Source: Pseudobdellovibrionaceae bacterium (GTDB taxonomy: Bacteria > Bdellovibrionota > Bdellovibrionia > Bdellovibrionales > Bdellovibrionaceae). Taken from it: a stretch of DNA of 60,064 nucleotides. Numbering within the stretch: the first letter of the stretch is position 1; each line of letters begins with the position of its first letter. Positions 26,840 through 36,355 of the stretch are shown piece by piece. Below the pieces are notes generated by a model. The model saw only the letters and a list, made by a program, of their open reading frames with translations, was not told the origin of the DNA and did not search any database. The stretch covers positions 1 to 60,064 of the forward strand of contig JBDHWW010000021.1 in the NCBI GenBank assembly GCA_039810425.1, in the 5' to 3' direction. The position numbers and the translations under genes were made by a program.

Positions 26840-28680
26840 TTGACCTTAATTTTCTTTAAAGTGGGCGCTTTCAAGTTACTCTTATCTGGTACAATCAGTT
26901 TACGGGGCGCACTGGTCTCGCTAACGCGGCCATGTTGATCGACCGCTGAGATTCTCAGCTGGTACTCGCCCGGCATGAGGTTTTTCAGCGCCGTTTGAGT
27001 CGTTGTATATTTTAGCGTCTTTAGCTCTTTACCATCTTTATTAGAAATGGTGAGCATGTACTCTTTAGCGCCGTCGAGCTTTTCCCATTGTAGGTCCGTG
27101 CGGCCATCTGCCTTCGCCGTCAGACTCCCTTCAAGAGGCAACAACTTCGGCGGTGGCAAGAGCGGGAGCGGAGCCACCGCGACCTTTCTTTGCGGAGCCG
27201 AGCCAATCACGCGGCCTTCTTTATCAATCGCTTCCAAGGAAGCGATATAGCGGCCTGGTTTTGTGATCTGTGGTTCCGCTTTGGTCTCTTTGACTTCAAT
27301 GGTTTGCAACTTCGAGGGATCATCGCCTTCTTCGAAGTACTTCACGCGCCAAGAAGCGACGTCTTCATTGTGGTTCACATTCCAGGACAGATCCAGTTTG
27401 GGATTGTCTAAATAAAACTGAATGCGGTCTTCAGGTGTCAGCCATTTGATGTCGACAGGATCTTTTGCAACCGGTTTTTCCTCAATTGTGGTCACCGTGA
27501 ATTTCTGAATCTTACCGAGGACCGGTTTGTTAGAGCCCTCATAGTAGGAAGACATGCGCCAGTAATATTCGCCTTCTTTTAGGGATGGCAAGGTGTAGCC
27601 GTCTTCAGATGTGAAGTTTTTTGTCACGACCTTTTGACGGAGGCCCGGGTCTTTTGCGACCTCCAAAACGATGTGCGAAGTTTCGTCGCCTTTTTCCCAT
27701 TTAAAGGACATATCAAATGGAGCCTTGTTCACTGGAACCTTCGCATCTGCCAAGGGGAAGACCATCGTGGGGGCATAGCGGGCTTGGATCTCCGTGCGAT
27801 AGATGGCGCTCTCGGCGACGACCTTGCCGCTTCGAGGATCTTTGGCAACAAGCTTCCAGTAGGGTTTTCCGATCGGTAGGGATGTTTTGAAACTCTCATC
27901 GCCGTGAGCGGACACACCTGTCCACTCTTTCATCTCTTTGCGGCTATTGCCGGTGTGCAAAGAAACCTTCAAGCCGGCAGGGAAGCCCTTCCACTGGAAC
28001 GTCAAATTATCTTTCTCATCCGCATCGACGTACGCCACTTTGCCCGGAACTGGAGAGATAATTTGCAAATCCGCTTTGTTGAACTGAAGACCATTTGCGC
28101 CCAGTGCGCCCGCGGCACCGGTCGAAAGGATTTTGTCGGCGCCGTTTTTGTCTTTGATTGAAGCCGAACCTTCGAGGACTTGGACGTCGACCTGGTTGCC
28201 ACCGGATTTTGACAAGCTCGCCGAGGCTTTACTCAAGTCAACTTTGCCTGATGCTGAATTCAAAACGAGGGCCGTGCTTGTGCCTTCGGGCTCTCCTTTG
28301 GCGGCCGCAACAAAGAGGCTACCTTCCATGAGATCGAGGGCAATTTCGCCTTTGTTTTGCTGAATGACGATTAAAGAATCCGGTTCCAAATCCAGATAGC
28401 GAGAGGAGTCTGCAAACTGAATTCGCACTTCACCTTTATTCGAAGTGCGAATTGCTTCGCCGTTGTAGAGAGGCTCACCGGTTGCAACTTCTTGCCAGAG
28501 AAGGCGAGTCGCCGGACGACGTTGAATTTCTTCATGAGTTTTACCGACGAACGCGAGAGGTTTTTCATTCTCATTCGTGAGTGATTTTGTTTTCGTGAGA
28601 TAATACCAGGCAAAGGTTGCCATCAAGCAGCAGCCTGAAAACACAGCAGCCCACAATAATCGTTTCCATTGCGATCTCAT
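26836..28680 (-). CDS. FecR-domain membrane-anchored protein with Fn3/Ig-like repeats
   Basis: N-terminal TM; LYNGEAIRT...VRIQF...LEPDSLIVI...LMEGS...VQVLEGSA (FecR); repeats GEYYWR, PGRY, PGEY. Confidence 0.85.
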   Translation of the reverse strand: MRSQWKRLLWAAVFSGCCLMATFAWYYLTKTKSLTNENEKPLAFVGKTHEEIQRRPATRLLWQEVATGEPLYNGEAIRTSNKGEVRIQFADSSRYLDLEPDSLIVIQQNKGEIALDLMEGSLFVAAAKGEPEGTSTALVLNSASGKVDLSKASASLSKSGGNQVDVQVLEGSASIKDKNGADKILSTGAAGALGANGLQFNKADLQIISPVPGKVAYVDADEKDNLTFQWKGFPAGLKVSLHTGNSRKEMKEWTGVSAHGDESFKTSLPIGKPYWKLVAKDPRSGKVVAESAIYRTEIQARYAPTMVFPLADAKVPVNKAPFDMSFKWEKGDETSHIVLEVAKDPGLRQKVVTKNFTSEDGYTLPSLKEGEYYWRMSSYYEGSNKPVLGKIQKFTVTTIEEKPVAKDPVDIKWLTPEDRIQFYLDNPKLDLSWNVNHNEDVASWRVKYFEEGDDPSKLQTIEVKETKAEPQITKPGRYIASLEAIDKEGRVIGSAPQRKVAVAPLPLLPPPKLLPLEGSLTAKADGRTDLQWEKLDGAKEYMLTISNKDGKELKTLKYTTTQTALKNLMPGEYQLRISAVDQHGRVSETSAPRKLIVPDKSNLKAPTLKKIKVN

Positions 28681-28932
28681 CAGAGACCTCCTCAGATGTC
28701 GTTTCGGCTAAAATATTCCAATAGTTTAGAGTACTTAGCCAAAGGTCTATGGAGAAAGTGTTCGCATTTGACGACTGGACTTTTCTCATAAAAAAAGCGA
28801 CTGTGGAAAGCAATGAGTTCGCTCTCAGCGAGGCTCGCCGGTAAGCTTTGTGCTCCCGGTCTGATGTGGGACCGAAGTGGTGTTTGTTGGCTTTACTTTG
28901 GGCCAGCTTCATTTAAGATGCGTTTTATGCCA

Positions 28933-29409
28933 ATGGATCACTCAAAAAACTACATCACGCCGGCGGGCATTGCGGCCCTCAAAGCGGAGTACCACGAGCT
29001 CATGCATGTTGAGCGGCCGAAAGTCGTCGAAGTCGTGACCTGGGCCGCGGGAAATGGCGATCGCTCGGAGAACGCCGATTACCAATACGGAAAAAAACGG
29101 CTGCGCGAAATCGACAAGCGCGTGCGTTTTTTGATCGGGCGAATCGATAAGGCAGAAGTGGTCGATCCAAAAACCGTCAAGTCCGCGACGGTCGTGTTTG
29201 GCGCGACGGTCACAATCATGAATGAGGATGAAAAAGCAACGACGTACCAAATCGTCGGCGAAGATGAATTCGACGCGAAGGCCGGTAAGGTTTCTTGGAA
29301 GTCACCGATCGCCCGCGCGCTCCTCGGTAAAAAAGCCGGCGATGAAGTTGTGATTCAAAAGCCAGCCGGCGAAGAGTACATTACGATCGAAGAAGTCGAG
29401 TATAAATAG
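28933..29409 (+). CDS. greB: Transcription elongation factor GreB
   Basis: NYITPAG, WAAGNGDRSENADYQYGKKRLREID, SWKSPIARALL. Start could be 28918 or 28927. Confidence 0.95.
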   Translation: MDHSKNYITPAGIAALKAEYHELMHVERPKVVEVVTWAAGNGDRSENADYQYGKKRLREIDKRVRFLIGRIDKAEVVDPKTVKSATVVFGATVTIMNEDEKATTYQIVGEDEFDAKAGKVSWKSPIARALLGKKAGDEVVIQKPAGEEYITIEEVEYK

Positions 29410-29997
29410 TCAATGTGGCACATAGGTTTGGTAGTGGATCGGTTTGCAAACGCGGTTGTTGGTTTCTTCATGCGAGCACGCGGTGAGCCCCACGAGTAAA
29501 TCCATGCACGCTTCGAAAATGACGTAGTCTCCCGCTTTTGTTAGAGGAGGTTCGATTTTGATCGCGCCTTTGTTGTTTAACACGACATTCATGAAGATAT
29601 TGAACGTGGTCGAGATTTCATGTTCGTCGATACCGAAGGGTCCGAAGTGTCTTGCGAGGTTTTCGTGACAGCTCGGGTGATAGTCGTCATTGCCAGCGAC
29701 GATTTGGAACATCTTAAGGCTGCAAGGCGTGAGCAAGAGATCATGCCGGCCGCAGGTGTCTTCGTAGATTTTCAGCATGGCTTGGCTCTGGTTGGAGTAG
29801 AGCGTATGACCCGTGCTCAGAAAAATTGAATCGTTGTAGTCGATGGTTCTGCCGGCGGAAAAGCTTTCGCGGTAGTCGTGTGCGTTAAAGCAAAACAAGT
29901 CCGAGACCTGTTGATGCTGGGGCGTAATCACTTTGAGGTGATAGCCTTTCTTCAAAAGAAAACACGTTCCCTTTTGAGGTGGAATTTGTCGAATCAT
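29410..29997 (-). CDS. DUF1989 urea-carboxylase-associated family protein
   Basis: QVSDLFCFN, SAGRTIDY, DTCGRHDLL..PC, SCHENL, FNIFMNV, GLTACS. Confidence 0.9.
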   Translation of the reverse strand: MIRQIPPQKGTCFLLKKGYHLKVITPQHQQVSDLFCFNAHDYRESFSAGRTIDYNDSIFLSTGHTLYSNQSQAMLKIYEDTCGRHDLLLTPCSLKMFQIVAGNDDYHPSCHENLARHFGPFGIDEHEISTTFNIFMNVVLNNKGAIKIEPPLTKAGDYVIFEACMDLLVGLTACSHEETNNRVCKPIHYQTYVPH

Positions 29998-30390
29998 AGC
30001 TGCCGTTCTCGTGAGTTGCTTGTATAAAAACATTATAAGCTTAAATGAGGACAAACAGGGTCACAATTGATCTTCTCGTCACAACTATGTCATATAAAAT
30101 TCTTAAATTGGAGGGGAATGGTAGAAAGCCTCTCCGTTTTTTAGAAGAGTATGTTTCACACTAACAGGGCGGAACTTCCAGAACCTGTTCTTCGAGTGAT
30201 CTATTCTGCACTCGTTGTCTTCATTGACTTCCTTTGCTCCAGTAACTGAGGGACTGCATGAAAGACGAATTTTAAATTTCGCGTTGACGTCATTTTTGTG
30301 TGCGTGGCTTTGCTTGGGGAGTTGGGGCTTGGACGGCCAGTGCCTAATGCTGCGAATTACCCGCTCTGAGACGGAGAGCCTGGGGAATAT

Positions 30391-30421
30391 AAAAAAAGCC
30401 ACTCGCGAAGGAGTGGCTTTT
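30391..30421 (-). terminator. Rho-independent terminator (bidirectional)
   Basis: AAAAAAAGCCACTC-GCGAAG-GAGTGGCTTTT. Confidence 0.88.
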
Positions 30422-30457
30422 CAAAGCTAAGAAATAATTTGCTCGTGAAAGAGCAAA

Positions 30458-30727
30458 TTACATTTTCTTGTCAGTGCCCATGTGTTTTTTTACACAAGCT
30501 TCTTTGTTTGCGTCTTTAGCGCAAGCTTTTTCAGCTTCTTCTTTAGTCATAGCTTTAGCTGTAGTCGCTTTAGCTTCTTTAGTTGTAGCCGTTGTTGCAC
30601 CCGTAGTAGCTGCAGCTGGAGCAGCCGTTGTTGTGGTACCAGCAGTCCCGTGAGCAGCTGGAGCAGTTGGGTTAGCAAAAGCAGCCACTGCTGACAAAGT
30701 AACGATCGCAGAAAGGATCATTTTCAT
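30458..30727 (-). CDS. Small secreted Ala/Thr/Lys-rich protein with a C-x8-C pair
   Basis: AGGGG SD, signal AAFA, strong codon bias, own terminator. Confidence 0.85.
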   Translation of the reverse strand: MKMILSAIVTLSAVAAFANPTAPAAHGTAGTTTTAAPAAATTGATTATTKEAKATTAKAMTKEEAEKACAKDANKEACVKKHMGTDKKM

Positions 30728-30992
30728 AGTTATTCCCCTTTTAGTTTGTTATTGCAGGAACGGCCACCATGGCCTTTTTCCTTCAAAACCTGTATTATTC
30801 GAAACAAGATTAAGTTTTTTTTCACGAATTTCAAGCAAGATATTGGAAGAATTACATATGCTAGGTGCGCCATGTTACTTATAGAGTGTTTCGCGCCTAT
30901 TTCAATGCATTAAATATTTACAGTTGAAAAATAGCTCGACCCAAGAGAGAGTTTCGCCAATCGCAATTAATCAATGAGCAGAGGGGGCTTGA

Positions 30993-31571
30993 TTGACTAA
31001 AAAATTGGCATTGTACCTGGGTGTTGTTCTACTTTCTTTAACCTCTTTCCAAGTTGCAAAGGCCGATGATTTTGTAGCCTATAAAAAGCGTGGTGATAAC
31101 TACCAGCGCGGCAACAAAAATGGCAATCCAGACTACCGCGACAAACACAACTATCCTAACAAACCTGAAGGGCAAAACAACGACGACACTGTTCAAATTG
31201 GTCAACCAGCGGCGGGTGGCGATTCGAAAATCGTTACGGCCGTTACCAATAAACGTCGCCTCGACTTCGTTGAAGGCTCGGGCATGGTTGTGACGAAGCT
31301 TCTGCCTGATGATCGCAATGGTTTGGAGCATCAAAAGTGGATGGTTCGTCTTTCTAACGGCGCAACCATGGAAGCCGTTTATAATTTAGATATGTGTGAG
31401 TACATTCCTCTGAAAGTCGGTGACGTCGTTTCGATGGGAGGTCAATTCATTTGGACCAATCAAGGAGCTTTGTTACACTGGCTGCACTACGACCCACGCC
31501 AAAATCGTCCAGATGGCTATGTTGAAGTGAACGGCAAAGTGTACTGTGGCGAGGGACCTCGCCACCAGTAA
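30993..31571 (+). CDS. DUF3465 exported protein
   Basis: KLLPDD.NG..HQKW, YNLD, VGD.V..GG.F.W, LLHWLH.DP, GYVEVNGKVY. Confidence 0.85.
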   Translation: MTKKLALYLGVVLLSLTSFQVAKADDFVAYKKRGDNYQRGNKNGNPDYRDKHNYPNKPEGQNNDDTVQIGQPAAGGDSKIVTAVTNKRRLDFVEGSGMVVTKLLPDDRNGLEHQKWMVRLSNGATMEAVYNLDMCEYIPLKVGDVVSMGGQFIWTNQGALLHWLHYDPRQNRPDGYVEVNGKVYCGEGPRHQ

Positions 31572-31596
31572 GCCGTCAATTTACGAACCTTTTGTG

Positions 31597-31625
31597 TAAA
31601 ACCCCGGTGATGAACAGGGGTTTTA
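31597..31625. terminator. Bidirectional terminator between convergent genes
   Basis: TAAAACCCC-N11-GGGGTTTTA. Confidence 0.7.
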
Positions 31626-33167
31626 TTTGATGCCCTGGAAGTTTGTGCAGATCCAGATCTTAAAGATCCGCGCCACTTCATCATAGCGGTAAGTTTTGAA
31701 TTCCTCAGACTTGCATTCGTCAAACTTCGCCCAGCCCATCGGATCTGTGGGATATTTATCTGTCGTTACAAATAAAGCCGTGCTGCCATGGAGAGCTTCC
31801 ATCTCTTGCGGTGGTTGTGTCACGGTGTATTGGCTCTTTGTGGTGCTGAGCATGTAAGTTTTTTGCTTTGTGCCCCAAAAAGTTTGCGCGGTGGTTTCGT
31901 AGCGATTGCTTGCAATAAAAGGTTTCTTGCCGCTTTCCGCATGGATTTCGCGCTGGCGGCGATTCACGTAATCGCCCAGCTCCGTCCAGCCGCTGAATTC
32001 GTTACTGAGATCATGCTTCGGCTGCCATTCCGTCTGCGGGTTTAAGGCCCGCGCGGCTTTCGGCATCCACGGGTACGCGAACGGCATGTATGTCACTAGG
32101 TTCACCAGAAGAATGAAACTGAAGATGCCCCAAGTGATTTTTTTACTAAAAGGTTTGATCCTGGTTTTGCCATGCCACTCCACCCCTTCGGACCATAGGG
32201 CTCCAGCTCCCATCGCGAGCAGCAAGAACGCGGGGCCGCTCCAATGGGGCTTGTACTCAGCCCATAGCGGCTGGGGATAGAACATCACCACGCTCGGCAC
32301 GGCCAGGCAGAACAACCAGCGCCAGCGCGCCTCTTGGCGTTTTAAAAAGGAGTATCCGAAAGTGTAGAGCATCAAACCATAGGCCACGGGTGTGTAGAAA
32401 AGGATCTGTGCTGTAAAGAACTGGAGCCAGCGATTGAAGTTGAATTCGGTCGTCGTGTGACGCTCATGGAATTGATATCTAAACCCCGGCCAGTCGTAGT
32501 GAATATTCCAAATGAAAATCGGCAAGCAGATCACGGTCGCGATCAGCATTCCGGTCCAGGGCCACTTCGACAGCAAGTCCTTGCGATGCTTTGGCGTCAT
32601 CAAAAGATACAAACCAAAACCGGGAGCGAGCAAAGCGATAATGAATTTTGAATTAAGCCCCAAGCCCATGATCACGCCGAGCCACAGCCAGGTTTTTTTC
32701 AAGGGCCACGCTTTGCCGTCTTCGCGCACGCTTTGCCAGAAAACGTACGCGGCGGCGACCCAACAGAGCATGAACGGGGTCTCAGGCGAAGCGACATAGC
32801 CGCCAAAGCCCCAAAGCGGAGTCCACAGCATCAAGAACGCGCAGAAGTTTGCCGCCCAAACACCGAAGACTTCGCGCGCAAGTTTCCATGCGAGATAAGC
32901 CGTGCCGAGATAGCACACGAATGCCGGTAAACGCACGCCCCAGCGAGTATCACCCAAGATGGCGGTGCTGATCGCCTCCAGCCATGCGATCATGGCCGGA
33001 TGATCATAGTAAGAAAGTGAAAGATTTTTTGTCCAACTCCAGTGATAAGCTTCGTCGTCGGCAAGGCCCACAACGGATGCAAAGAAAATACGGAAGAGAA
33101 TACTCAGACCGAAGAAGACAAATACCTTTTGCAAGGTGTTGGATTTTTTCCAAAACTCAGCAAGCAC
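31623..33167 (-). CDS. GT-C fold glycosyltransferase (GT39/ArnT-like)
   Basis: DDEAYHW.W, SYYDHP, GVRL, GLGLNSK, multiple TMs. Confidence 0.9.
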   Translation of the reverse strand: MLAEFWKKSNTLQKVFVFFGLSILFRIFFASVVGLADDEAYHWSWTKNLSLSYYDHPAMIAWLEAISTAILGDTRWGVRLPAFVCYLGTAYLAWKLAREVFGVWAANFCAFLMLWTPLWGFGGYVASPETPFMLCWVAAAYVFWQSVREDGKAWPLKKTWLWLGVIMGLGLNSKFIIALLAPGFGLYLLMTPKHRKDLLSKWPWTGMLIATVICLPIFIWNIHYDWPGFRYQFHERHTTTEFNFNRWLQFFTAQILFYTPVAYGLMLYTFGYSFLKRQEARWRWLFCLAVPSVVMFYPQPLWAEYKPHWSGPAFLLLAMGAGALWSEGVEWHGKTRIKPFSKKITWGIFSFILLVNLVTYMPFAYPWMPKAARALNPQTEWQPKHDLSNEFSGWTELGDYVNRRQREIHAESGKKPFIASNRYETTAQTFWGTKQKTYMLSTTKSQYTVTQPPQEMEALHGSTALFVTTDKYPTDPMGWAKFDECKSEEFKTYRYDEVARIFKIWICTNFQGIK

Positions 33168-33216
33168 GAGAAGGTCCTTTCACAAGTGATCCCAAGGAGT
33201 TAGCATTAGTTAGGGG

Positions 33217-34425
33217 CTATTTCAATGCTTTTTGGTTCCGCAAACCCAGCGTGAGGATTTCTTGGAATTGCTTGGCAACAGCTACGCGCCATTCGGGGGC
33301 CGATGGGTAGAACATCTCTTGAAATAAATGAGTGATTTCTTCGCGCTGTTCTTTGTTCTGGGCGCTGTGGTGGAATTTCTGATTTTCACGCACCATGCGA
33401 TACAGCGAATCGAGCGAGCCTAACGTTTTTTGACTGTCGAGGGTGCCGAATTCAAAGACAATGCCGGCATAGCGGGACTTGTTTTGCAAAACCTTAGCGC
33501 CGAAAACAACAAAGCCGCCCGAGACTTCGTAAAAATCTTTTTTCTGGCCGTAATCCATGTCATAGCCGTTGAACACTTTTTTGAGGTACTCAGCGTCCAG
33601 GGAGGGCGCCATGTCGGCAAACAGGTGCAAATGACCGCGTCGGCCGTAGCCGGTGTGCAGATCAATCAGCAATGTCTGCTCATATCCTGGGGCGACCGCA
33701 AGGATCTCCTTCTCTATCAAATCTCTTTGTGGCTCGAAATCCTTGCCGCCGAAATAGAGACCTTCGGACTCTTGATACTGACCGCGCAAAATCCCCCGGC
33801 GAAGGCTCTCCATGGAATACTTTACGATAGCTTTCACACACTCATAGTAAAAACCCATGCGATCAAAAAATCCCACATGGGCCGGGCTCGGTGGATTTAG
33901 CAGGGAGCTGATTTTTTCGTAGCTCTCGTTCCTCTGAGAAAAGAGGTTGCCGTCTGTGTCGAAGTTGCGATTGAGATCCACGTTATTTTCAGTCACCCGG
34001 CGCATGAATTTAAAGCCGTAAGGATTCACGGCGTGAACCAAAAGAATTCCGAGATTCTCGTCACGCATATTCCAGAAATTTTCTTTGATGAATTGATTTT
34101 GCAAGGCACTTCCGACGAAGCCTTCCATGCCGTGCATGCCTGAGGTCAAAATCAGTAAGCGTTCTTTCTTGCCGGATTTGGGCGGCAGGTAAGCGACGTC
34201 CATCACTAAGGTTTCTCGAGTACGGGTGGGAATTTGAACGGCGTGGGCCGAGAGTTCGGGATTTGACTTTTTAAGAGCTTCCACGTTCACAAGAAATGCA
34301 GATCGGGCTTCTTCGTAAGTCGATTTGAAGTTTTCCAGTCGTTGAGAAGCCGAAAACTCTTCGGCAAGCGCCGAAGAGTTCATCGTTAAAACAGAAATAG
34401 TGCTTAAAATTAAGAATCTTACCAA
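33217..34425 (-). CDS. Secreted M14-like metallocarboxypeptidase (DUF2817)
   Basis: SGMHGMEG (HxxE), HAVNPYG, RRVTENNVDLNRNF, IDLHTG, EFGT. Confidence 0.85.
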   Translation of the reverse strand: MVRFLILSTISVLTMNSSALAEEFSASQRLENFKSTYEEARSAFLVNVEALKKSNPELSAHAVQIPTRTRETLVMDVAYLPPKSGKKERLLILTSGMHGMEGFVGSALQNQFIKENFWNMRDENLGILLVHAVNPYGFKFMRRVTENNVDLNRNFDTDGNLFSQRNESYEKISSLLNPPSPAHVGFFDRMGFYYECVKAIVKYSMESLRRGILRGQYQESEGLYFGGKDFEPQRDLIEKEILAVAPGYEQTLLIDLHTGYGRRGHLHLFADMAPSLDAEYLKKVFNGYDMDYGQKKDFYEVSGGFVVFGAKVLQNKSRYAGIVFEFGTLDSQKTLGSLDSLYRMVRENQKFHHSAQNKEQREEITHLFQEMFYPSAPEWRVAVAKQFQEILTLGLRNQKALK

Positions 34426-34556
34426 GCTGGCAAACGACGGCGGCCACGGCGACGGACTGGAGGGCGTTCACTAGTTGCAGGCTGTTGCTTTTCAGTGATC
34501 AGAGTTGTTGGCGTCGTTTCTTTTTCTGTTTTATTCTGGATCATCTTAGTTTCCAT
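34419..34556 (-). CDS. 45-aa small protein with an Arg-rich C-terminus
   Basis: AAAGGAG SD before ATG 34556; METKMIQ...PPVRRRGRRRLPAW; stop overlaps the TTG of the DUF2817 gene. Confidence 0.55.
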   Translation of the reverse strand: METKMIQNKTEKETTPTTLITEKQQPATSERPPVRRRGRRRLPAW

Positions 34557-34696
34557 ATAAAACTCCTTTGTATTGATTCGTCCATGAATGGCAACCATTC
34601 TATCGAACCCCGGGAAAGCCCACAACGAGCTTTTTAGAGGTCTCGCCCAGCACCCCGCTAGCCATATGCGTCATTGGCTGAATGAAAATGAAATGA

Positions 34697-36166
34697 TTAT
34701 TCTTCGGGAACGAAGTCTGTCTTCTCAAATATAGGCGAATATAAGCCGATGTATTCGCGCGTCCACCACTCGCCCTTTTCGAACAAAGTTTTGGTTGTTG
34801 AGAATTTGTACTGGTATTTTACCAGGCGCATGTACTTTGGCGCATTCGGAAAAGGATTGTTTTCGAGTAGGTCAATCACTGGGGCCGACTTCATAAATAT
34901 GCGTGCCATCAGGTTTTGTAACCACAAATTCTGACTAAAAGTTCCCAGTGCGGCAAACCACATTTGCCAATCTAAGCGTGGTTGATAGGGGGCCGCAATC
35001 GGCGGCATCTTATCAAGGCGGCTGGGCTTGTAGCGAAACTCGTAATCGACCCAGGTTTCGTTGTCGTTACTACCTTGTAAAACCAACTCGGGGCGATCTT
35101 TCGTCATCACGGCGAAAAGACCATAGCTGGAATTAAAACGATAATTGTAAATCGCACGAATAATCGGAATCGCCGGGTTGAGAAGTTTTGAGTTTTCGCG
35201 AAAAGCGAGGCCGAACCAGAACAGATTGAGCGGTATCATCAGTACTGCAAGTACAAGCCCCATTGACTCATAGAAGAAGGGATTGTCGGCGACGACATTC
35301 ATGGCTGGGAAAATTTTGGGCAAAAATATCCGCCAAATAGAATCGTCCAATAAGAAAAGACAAAGCACGATACTGAGAACATTAAAAAACGCGTAATTGC
35401 CGGTGAGAATGATCAAGAGTTGAAGCCCGATCATCAAAGCCGCCGCGAGCCAGCGAAGAGATCCCGGAATAAAAATCAAAAGGGGAACCGCGAGTTCGAT
35501 AAAGAACATCAGCACGCAGCTGGCCTTTTGAAGCCACAGTGGCGATTTATCCATGAAGTAGGCGACAGGATTGGGAATCGGCTGCGTCCAGTAGTGATAC
35601 TTCAGGGCGGTGAAATCACGCCACGAGGCATCCTTGCTCATAATTTTTACGACGCCTGAAAGAAACATCAATTTGAAAAGTAAAATCCAAAACAGCCAGC
35701 GGACAAACACGGAGGGCTCATAGGTGTTCCAGGGGTTCCAGTCAAATCCCCAGGGGGTTAGAAAGATCGCGAGCACGCCGATTTCTAAAAGCAGTGAGTC
35801 CCATTGAAAGCCGAGGAAATCCTGGCCTGAGTTCACAAAGGACAAATAACAAACCCAGGCCACGAGCATCATGAGCGGCGGACAAAATCCCATCAGCGCC
35901 AGTGTTGAAGCGGCAAGCCCCAAGCCTCCCATTAAATATAAAAACGTATCGCTCGCATTGAGCCAGAACACCGTCGGTAATTCATAGTATCTTTGCGGGC
36001 CGGTCTGCTCTTTCAGCACATTCATGAATTGCTGAATTGAAAGAATACCGCTTTTCCCATAGAGGCCCATGATTTGCGGAATGAGGGTGAGAAACGCGAG
36101 TATAAAACAAAATGCGATGCCCTTTGAAAGGATCCAGGCGGACATTGCATAGCTGGTTTCATTCAT
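34697..36166 (-). CDS. Lipase maturation factor (LMF1) family protein
   Basis: FQWDSLLLE, LMFLSGVVK, YHYWTQPIPNP, TGNYAFFN, YGLFAVMT, PRLDWQMWFAA. Confidence 0.92.
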   Translation of the reverse strand: MNETSYAMSAWILSKGIAFCFILAFLTLIPQIMGLYGKSGILSIQQFMNVLKEQTGPQRYYELPTVFWLNASDTFLYLMGGLGLAASTLALMGFCPPLMMLVAWVCYLSFVNSGQDFLGFQWDSLLLEIGVLAIFLTPWGFDWNPWNTYEPSVFVRWLFWILLFKLMFLSGVVKIMSKDASWRDFTALKYHYWTQPIPNPVAYFMDKSPLWLQKASCVLMFFIELAVPLLIFIPGSLRWLAAALMIGLQLLIILTGNYAFFNVLSIVLCLFLLDDSIWRIFLPKIFPAMNVVADNPFFYESMGLVLAVLMIPLNLFWFGLAFRENSKLLNPAIPIIRAIYNYRFNSSYGLFAVMTKDRPELVLQGSNDNETWVDYEFRYKPSRLDKMPPIAAPYQPRLDWQMWFAALGTFSQNLWLQNLMARIFMKSAPVIDLLENNPFPNAPKYMRLVKYQYKFSTTKTLFEKGEWWTREYIGLYSPIFEKTDFVPEE

Positions 36167-36355
36167 AGGTGATACCTCGCAAGTAATTTTAGAAGATGCG
36201 CGCTAAAACTTACAAGTGAATCTTCCGGTGTGAATAAGTCACAACCGAAGAAATTTTCGTAAATCTTTCTGCGTATCCCGGAACATTCCAAGCTAGAAGC
36301 CAAGCCCCTGAAAGGGCAGAGCGAAGATAATTTATTTTTTAAATACCCACGCAAA

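Noticed and set aside
30103..30430. Short ORFs on both strands upstream of DUF1989
   Set aside because: No RBS or recognisable motifs, and they run through a terminator.
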